Shown here: positions 55,147 through 64,000 of the stretch, in pieces
Layout: each line of letters begins with the position of its first letter
Numbering within the stretch: the first letter of the stretch is position 1
Origin: Octopus vulgaris
Taxonomy: Eukaryota
Assembly: GCA_951406725.2 (NCBI GenBank)
Contig: OX597817.1
Location: 7,378,001 to 7,442,000, forward strand
DNA: 64,000 nucleotides
Direction: 5' to 3'
Notes under the pieces: generated by a model
Seen by the model: the letters and a program-made list of their open reading frames with translations, nothing else
Told to the model about the DNA's origin: nothing
Databases searched by the model: none
Translations under genes and position numbers: made by a program

Positions 55147-55700
55147 TTATTGTTATTATTAATATTATTTTCGTTTGGCTCAGGTTCAGTCTGATTCCTG
55201 CAGGAATTATGTGGATAGCGGGTTACTACCTGCAACTTTAGGTATCCACAAGTTTTCAGCAGCTTTTCAAGTGCTTAGAACCCTCCTGGTAATCCTTACT
55301 GTCTCTAAAAGACAAACCTTCTGTGGGAGCCCCACCAGTAATTTTATTTCAATTTCCTTCAGCGATTTGTCTGTATCTTGGCTTACTATTCTCAACGCAC
55401 CAACACACACAAACAAATTATTATATTGTTCGCATGCTTCAAATTCTTCCAATTTCAAACTTTAAGGGACAGTATATTTTTTCTTTCTCTTACTTTACAG
55501 TTTAAAATCTCCATTTCCCGCAAACGTTCTAGTGTAGAACTTTTACAATTTGGTCGTGCCTCCCTTTCTTATATTCTTCATGTACCAACTTGGGGCAAGC
55601 CACTTCCACAGGCTTACATTTTTCTGACAAATTCTTTCCATATATTTTTTCTCAAGTTGTTTGTTTTTATCGCTTGATCTTAGACTGCTACAATTAAGCA
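55147..55700 (-). mobile_element. R4/Dong-type LINE 3' fragment, degenerate
   Basis: ACPKLVHEEYKKGRHDQIVKVLH* and VCVGALRIVSQ…QKVCLLETVRITRRVL. Confidence 0.8.
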
Positions 55701-55705
55701 CTCGC

Positions 55706-56290
55706 TATTATTATTATTACTATTGTTATCATTGAGTGAGAGAGCAGTTCATGCCATCAAAGTGACACTGGGGTAAAATATACGAAACCCAATATACCCA
55801 TCATGACTACCCGTCTGATAAAGGTACACCAGGCACATGCATCACAACCATATGTGCGCGACATGGTGATCTCATATCAAGATAAACAGCACATGACCTT
55901 GCAGGTGGAGCCCAGTTAGAATTTTCTTCAGGTTGAGTAGCCCATCCCACTCAAACGGTCCCTGAATAAGGGTTGTTTAAGGATGTTGAAAGAACCACCC
56001 ATGTTTCCAGAGATGAACTATTCAAACCCCAAAGAATCCCTCTCAACACATGGCTATGATGCTCCCCCACTACTTCTGCTCGTGATCAGAGATGCACATA
56101 TCGTCAGCCACTAAGGGACATGCTCAACTGGTTAAAGTCAAGCAACTGACAAGCAAATCTGTGGTATTGAGCAGAATATTTGCTGTAGCCCATCTTTTAT
56201 ACCAAGACAAAACAATGTACATGATAACACTTCCAATCAGTAAAGATCAGAAGCCATGAGAGCCACTGCCTGGTACTGCATCAGGGCATT
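55706..56290 (-). mobile_element. Non-coding derivative of an R4/Dong-type LINE (3' UTR plus distinct 5' head)
   Basis: 55734-56225 is collinear with 56385-56872, which is attached to Dong-type coding sequence; bounded by (TAA)n. Confidence 0.75.
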
Positions 56291-56291
56291 T

Positions 56292-56314
56292 ATTATCATT
56301 ATTATTATTATTAT

Positions 56315-56388
<74 letters not shown>

Positions 56389-57430
56389 AATCAGAGAGCA
56401 GTAATGCAATCACAGTGACACTGGGGTAGAATATATCTTAATATACCCATCATGACTACACGTCTGATAAGGGTACATCAGGCACGTGCACCACAACAGT
56501 ATGTGTACGACATGGTGATCTTGTATCAAAATAAATAGCGCATGACCTTGCAGATGGGGTGGTGAAATGCCTAGCTAGAATTTTCTTCAGATCAAGTAGC
56601 TCATCCCTCCCAAAACGTCTCTGAATAAGGTTTCAGAATGTTAAGTGAAACACCCATGTTTCTAGCGGTGAATTAATCAAACCCCAAAGAATTCCTCTCA
56701 ACACATGATTCTCCCCTTCCACTTCTGCTTGTGACCAGAGATTTACATATCGTCACCCACTAAGGAACATGCTCAACCGGTTAAAGTCAATCAGCTGACA
56801 AGCAAATCAGTGGTATTAAACAGAATATTTGTTGTAGCCCATCTTTTATACCGAGACGAAACATGTACATGATCTTTCTTTCTGTCAGTTTGATCGGTAA
56901 AGTTCCAGAAGAGTGCACGTGAAGACAACATAAGTGATGGTTTCATTTTGTTCTTTACATACACGACATGTTGTGCTACTGCCGTTCTTTAGTATGTTGA
57001 CCTGGTAGTTCCTTATTGGTAAACATTGATCTTGAACTTCTTGATAAACCCGTCTATCTCTGATTTTAAGCCAAATTACACTAACCAGTGATGGGTAAAT
57101 GCTTTGTCAACATTAGCATTATTAGCTCTCTTTGGATATTTGCCATTGAGACGTTTTTCTTGCGATTTATCAGTAAGAATATCTAAGGCAGTAGTTTTAG
57201 CACGGGTTTTCATATGCTAAGCTATTTCTGTGCTTGTTTCCAGTACATCTAATTCTGGGATTTGTAGTATCTGGAATTCACTTAGATATGTCTTTGTCTC
57301 TTTTGTTACTGAGTAAGATGTTTTCTTGTTTTCTGCTTTTAAGATAAGCTTTAACATCCAGTCATCAGAGTTTTTTCCGATAGGTGTTTAGGCCAATTGT
57401 GGCAATCTTCATTATTAATTCCAATTGTGC
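56292..57430 (-). mobile_element. R4/Dong-type LINE 3' fragment with coding remnant
   Basis: QLELIMKIATIGLNTY…KRLNGKYPKRANNANVDKAFTHHWL…GLKSEIDGFI, then 3' UTR and (CTA)n(TAA)n tail. Confidence 0.85.
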
Positions 57431-57488
<58 letters not shown>

Positions 57489-57645
57489 TGATGAAAAACT
57501 CTCAGCTTTGCTGGGTATGACAGAAAGCGTCGGTTGTCCACAGCCGGCACACTAAGTTGACACTTATTTACTGGTCATGCTTCAAGAACGGTGTGAAGAA
57601 TTCTTGCAGTTCCAAGCAATGTTGATTTTTGTAGGTGTTCTACCT
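57431..57645 (-). mobile_element. R4/Dong-type LINE extreme 3' fragment
   Basis: VEHLQKSTLLGTARILHTVLEA*, short UTR and (TAA)n tail. Confidence 0.8.
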
Positions 57646-58196
57646 ATTATTATTATTGTGAAGATAATTGAAATCAGAATTGATAGATTGTCAATGAAAA
57701 TACTTTGATCTATTTAGTTCCCAAACTGGGCCCTAATTCCAGGAAAATGTCAGCCCTGATTGGGTATAAACAGTTAGTTGGTATTGCTAGAGACTTGATG
57801 CCAATTCTAGAGGCGGAAATTATTGCTGTTGATTTCATGTGATCGTTGTTGCTGTTGTTGTTGTTGCTGCTGTTATTGCTATTGTTGTTGTTGGCAATAG
57901 TGGTTGCAAATATTCCTGCTGTTGCTTCGTAGGTTCATATCATGTAATCTAAATAGAGAAAGAAAATGTCACATCATAAGTAGATTATATAGGGAAACAG
58001 AATTCAAAAAAAAAAGATAAAGAAACAAAGGAGGTAGAGAATGAAAAGGAAAAGAAGAACAAAACGACACAAAAATCCATCCACTGAAAAGAAGCAGTAA
58101 CGAAAGGAAAGATATAGAGACAAAGGGACTGAGGGTGAGAGAGAGACAGAGGGACATAAGTCAACAAACTGATAAATATATATGTACATATACATA

Positions 58197-58567
58197 CAGG
58201 CGTGGCTGTGTGATAAGAAACTTGCTTTTCAACAGCATGGTTCCGGGTTCGGCAAGTATCATCTCGTATACCCTCGGGTCGACCATAGTCTTGTGAGTAT
58301 ATTTGTTAGACGGAGACTGAAAGAAGCCCGTCGTAGATATACATGTATATCTGTGTGTGCATGTTTGTGTGTCTATCTTTGTCTCTCAACAATCGCTTGA
58401 CAACCAATGTTGGTGTGTTTACGTCCCCGTAACTTAGCGGTTCGGCTAATGATATTAATATGATAAGAGCTAGGTTTACAAAGAGTAAAACCTGAGGTGG
58501 ATATGTTCGACTAAAGGCAGTGCTCCAGCATGGCCACAGTAAAAGGACTAAAACAAGTAAAAGAAAA
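58197..58567 (+). mobile_element. tRNA-derived SINE family A, diverged
   Basis: caggcgtggctgtgtgataag…gtgtttacgtccccgtaacttagcggttcggc…gcagtgctccagcatggccacag. Confidence 0.85.
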
Positions 58568-58609
58568 CACGGATATGTATACATACACACACATGTGTGC
58601 GTATGTATA

Positions 58610-58685
<76 letters not shown>

Positions 58686-58933
58686 CGTGTGTGTGTGTAT
58701 GTGCGTACAGAGAGACAGAAAGACATGCGGAAACATATCTAGATAGACAGAGAGACAGACAGACAGAAAACCAGACAGCAATGCATACTGACAGGCAGAG
58801 AGGCAGGCAGGCAGTCAGAGATATAAAAATACAATAATGATAGAAGTACACCGTTAAATATGACAGAGGAAAGAATGATACAAAAGTGCATATATATATC
58901 TATGTGATCTCTTGAGCACCACCAGCTCAAATA

Positions 58934-59128
58934 TTTTTTTCCTCTGTCTTCCCTTCTTGGGATCTTTCCTTCTCCTTGTTTCCGACGAAGAGCTCAGGTC
59001 GAAACGTTAAACCCTCCTCCTTCCCTTCTTTCCTGAGCGTCAATAATACTTTAATTGTTCCACGTCCTGCGTTGCTGTGTTTTTTTTTTTTTTTTTTTTC
59101 TCTTTTTTCTGTGTTTTCTTGTTTGGAT

Positions 59129-59133
<5 letters not shown>
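58934..59133 (+). mobile_element. Hammerhead-bearing element, family H2
   Basis: Paralog of 11540-11742; same 3' end ggattaact before a TA run. Confidence 0.8.
58978..59012 (+). ncRNA. Minimal hammerhead motif, U4C variant, one stem II mismatch
   Basis: GUUU-CCGACGA-A-GAGC uca GGUC-GAAA-CG-UU-AAAC. Confidence 0.6.
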
Positions 59134-59179
<46 letters not shown>

Positions 59180-59206
59180 GCATACATACATACATACATA
59201 CATACA

Positions 59207-59289
<83 letters not shown>

Positions 59290-59738
59290 CTACAAGATGG
59301 TTTAAAGCCTGATCAGAGTGAGAAAAGGAGATAGGTAAACAGAGAACTTAAAACATTGGCATTCAATGGAAATATTTTGCGATATTTTGTTTCGTCTAAT
59401 ATTGCAATGTTCTACGGCTGTACAAATTTGCTTCATAGACTTTCAAACAAGGGCCTGCAGTCAATGTGATCAACTAAAACGCTAAATGTTACATACAAGC
59501 ACACATACACGCATACATATATACATACATATATAATGCATTCACATATACACACATACGTTCGTAAAAACGTGTACATATATATATAAAGACAAAGACA
59601 AAGAGTTAATTAGAGAAAGAAGTGGGATAGTAATATAAATGATCGAGAGGCTGATATATATGTGTGTGTGTGTCTGTATATATATGGACATCAATCTATA
59701 TATATATATATATATATATAAGTATACAAATATATATG

Positions 59739-59778
<40 letters not shown>

Positions 59779-59858
59779 TTCATATAAATATTCATATGTA
59801 TATATATAGACATATGAATATATTCATATACATGTATATATGTACGAATATATATGTA

Positions 59859-59890
<32 letters not shown>

Positions 59891-60456
59891 AATATATATG
59901 TATATATGAGTATATATATACGTATTATGAGTATATATATGTATTATGTAAGTATTATGTATATATATGCAGGTATATAAGCTGTATGTGTATATGTGGA
60001 TAAGTGTATAAGAAAGAGTGGGAAGAGGGATTTTGTCGGTGAGATTATATGCGTGTATATATACATACATATATGTGCGTGTGTATGTGTGTATGTTTGT
60101 GTGCGTATTTCTATGTGCACGCGCACACGTGTGTGTGTGTGTGTGAGTGAGTGTATGCGTGGGCAGATATGCAAAACATATGGAAGACGTGACAGAGAAA
60201 TATTTCAAAAGATAAATGAAATAAATTCGGATGGAAGAAAACACATCATTCTTGTTGATCAAACATAATGTATTTACAACGTTATATATGTGCTGTAGTT
60301 CTTTAAAAGAAAGAGTGGAGGTAGTAAAAAAAAATCCAGCACGATGTAGCTGAATTCCACAAGGAGGCTTGCGATTGAAAAAGCTAAACTAAATAAGTAC
60401 GCACACAAATACAAGCACACACACACACATACACACACATATATATACACACACGC

Positions 60457-60517
<61 letters not shown>

Positions 60518-60615
60518 TACATATCCATATATTTTTCATTATATGCAAATATACCAATCTATATACACGAAAAACTACATATATATATCAATACGCATAC
60601 ATCAGTACATACATA

Positions 60616-60697
<82 letters not shown>

Positions 60698-61364
60698 GTA
60701 CATATACATATACACACATATATATATATACATATACATATACATATACATACACACATATATATATATATATATACATATACATGCATGTGTATATATG
60801 TGAATAAATATGTATACATATGTTTCTGTGTGTTCGTGTGTGCTAATGTGTGTTTGTGTGTGTCTGTGTATTTTTATGTTCGTGTATGTTTGCGTGAGTG
60901 TTTGTGCATGTGTGTGCGTTTCTGTGTACGTGCACGCGCGTAGAAATGTCTGTGTGTGTACGCTTATGTGCGCGTGTGTGCGTGTGCGTATGCGTGTTTT
61001 TAAAGGAATACGATTTCATTTCTGTATAGGTCACTATAGAAACGAATATATATATTACAGGAATACAGTTCATTTGTAATATGTTACAGTTTTCTTTGTT
61101 CTGGTGTTTGTTCTACTTCATGTTCAAGTGTGTGAGGGGTTGTCTCAATATATATTTTTTTCCTATGTTTTAGCTATATATTTGTCCACGTCAATTATAC
61201 ATAACGCTAGAACTATTATGCTATTCATACGTATGTTTATGTACTTTGACTATGCGGGTGTGAGTGTGAGTGTGTAAGAGCTTCTGTGTACAAACAGAAA
61301 TATATATGGATGCATGCATATATATATGGGCGCATGGATCGACACATATTTTTGAATATATGTA

Positions 61365-61449
<85 letters not shown>

Positions 61450-61542
61450 GTATACACACACACACATATACATATATATATATTACATACATATTTTATA
61501 TATACATAGATATATAATTTTATACATGTATATACGTATATA

Positions 61543-61594
<52 letters not shown>

Positions 61595-61672
61595 GCATGT
61601 TTACAAATCTGTACATATTTTTGTACAGTTGTATATATGTGTGTGCGCGTATATACATTTATTTATATCCTA

Positions 61673-61714
<42 letters not shown>

Positions 61715-61718
61715 AATA

Positions 61719-61761
<43 letters not shown>

Positions 61762-62303
61762 TTATTATGTATGTGTGTGTATGCGCGTGTGCGCCTAGGA
61801 ACGCGTGTATGAATGTGAGCATGATTGCATATCTTTATATTGAATAATCTCCCATAAAAAGCGCCAAAGACAACCCATTCATTTTGTTTATGAAGGTTTC
61901 TATTACCAAATAACAAACAGTAATTGAATGATTATTATTGATATTCTGGTTTATACATTCTATTTTCCTTTCTTTTTCCTATATTGAACTAGAACAGTAT
62001 TGATAATGGCTTTTCTTTGACAAGCTATGAAATCTTCATCTATATCTCAGGAGATAAGAAAACGTTTTCTATTATTGAATATCCTAGAAAACATGAGAAC
62101 AGTACCCACAGCCTTCGTTATTTCTCTGAACCTAAGTGGGGTCAGCGTGCTTCGTATTAATATTCAGCGTATCGTACGGCTTGGTGCCTACAGAGGAAAT
62201 ACGAACACTGAGGGAGCTCCAAAGTTTTATTCTTATGGGAAGTGAAGGATTGGAAGTAGTATTTACAGCAGAATTTGTGGGAGGCTGGCCCTGTATATTT
62301 GGT

Positions 62304-62504
62304 GTTGTTGTTGTTGTTGTTGTGGCTGCTCCTGCTGCTGCTGCTAATGATGGTGTTGTTGATGATAATGATGATGACGACGCCGACACCAATGACGAGG
62401 ACGACACCAACGGCGACATAGACGACGACGATAATGATGGTGATGACGATGATGAGGATAATTATAATGATAATAATGATGATGATGATGACGACGACGG
62501 CGGC
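62304..62504. repeat. (GTT)n/(GCT)n/(GAT)n/(GAC)n compound tract
   Basis: Directly visible. Confidence 0.9.
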
Positions 62505-63566
62505 GTTTCTTTATTTATTTCCGGTTAAATCATCTTTAGAGACGTTTATGATCAAAGATTTTCCAGACATGACTATACCGTATTTTATATTTGAAATATA
62601 CTATATGAAGGACTATGAACACTCGTGACTATGTGGGTAGCCTTCTTGACACGTGATTGTTGAGACCGCATTTTCGATTCCCAGACTAGCTAGAAATTTG
62701 TGTCCTTGAGCGATATCCTGCATTTCACATTATTCCAGTATTTAAAAAATACCCCAGCTCAAGAGTGAACTTTGTATTTTCAATTTTCTCAGGCATAGCT
62801 TCTTGAAAATCCCGATGGCCCCCGGTTTCATGAGCCTTTAAATTTGAAAGAGCATATATCTAGAAATACGTTAATTAATATGACCTCCATCTCTTTATTA
62901 AGGCGAGCTTGAAGGTGTTACTGCAAGGTGTTTTCGTAGCTTTATCAGTTATGTTACTCTATACGTTACTGGAGCTAATAAAATAAAAGTCATTTGAATT
63001 AGGATGAGCTTCAAAACGACCTGAGAAACGGCTCTGTTTGCAGTCGGAAGTTGTGCAGAAAGATACGACATGTTTTAATGATAATTTTTGTATGATAATA
63101 ACATGGAAAAGTAGAGTTACAGAGAAACAGAAATATATAGACTCTTAACATTTAGAAACCAAAAACAAATCAATTATGCATCACCAAGGACAGCTTCACA
63201 TTAATCCTCTTTCGGATTAACTCCTCCTCACATCCAGTAAAAGATAATCAGATAACGAATCTGCTCGAATCACATGAAATCAATGATGTCTAAACAGAAT
63301 ATTCAGTGTTACCACTCTCAAGAATGTCCCATACGTATAGCAGGATTTTGACGTAAATGTAATGTTAAAAGCAGCTTTATTTGTTGGGTAGCTGTCCCAA
63401 AGAATGTTGGAAGTATAAACATACAGTCTAGCATGGCATTAAAGACCTACTTTAGTATAAACATGTACGTTGTATATAAGTGGTGATGCTTTACTTATAG
63501 TGGTATTAGTTGTAGTGTCACTCTACTCATTATGGTGATTCTTATATATACATATGTATATATATG

Positions 63567-63607
<41 letters not shown>

Positions 63608-63620
63608 ATGTACAATATAC

Positions 63621-63661
<41 letters not shown>

Positions 63662-63822
63662 CACACACACACGTATGTATGTATGCATACACACACACAC
63701 ACGCACACACATACACACATGTTTGCAGACATAACTAAAGCAGTTAGGCGGCGTTGTCGAATTTTTTTACAGTGTGCACATGCATAAAGGCAGACAAACG
63801 ACAGACAGGCAGACAAACAGAC

Positions 63823-63838
63823 AGATAGATAGATAGAC

Positions 63839-63900
<62 letters not shown>

Positions 63901-63917
63901 GTAGGTAGGTAGGTAGG

Positions 63918-64000
<83 letters not shown>
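63823..64000. repeat. (GATA)n microsatellite running off the window end
   Basis: Directly visible. Confidence 0.95.

Overview
AT-rich, microsatellite-dense eukaryotic DNA that is intergenic or intronic. The repeat repertoire suggests an octopus (cephalopod) genome, which is an inference from pattern recognition only. No host gene can be called with confidence, and nearly all supplied ORFs are translations of simple repeats. Recognisable content: (i) about 20 tRNA-derived SINE copies from at least four families; (ii) R4/Dong-type LINE 3' fragments, four of them stacked in (TAA)n tracts at 55.1-57.7 kb; (iii) Penelope-like element (PLE) remnants, including two GIY-YIG coding fragments (one Naiad-like) and many short fold-back ends next to (TA)n; (iv) a Crypton-like non-autonomous element with a 53-bp tandem repeat. 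The main signal is about 14 minimal type-I hammerhead ribozyme (HHR)-like motifs in 64 kb. Several have family-fixed non-canonical cores (A6U, U4C, possibly a G3-C8 swap). One has a canonical core and sits inside a TSD-flanked, tRNA-headed SINE (28473-28788). All folds were done by eye and no activity has been shown.
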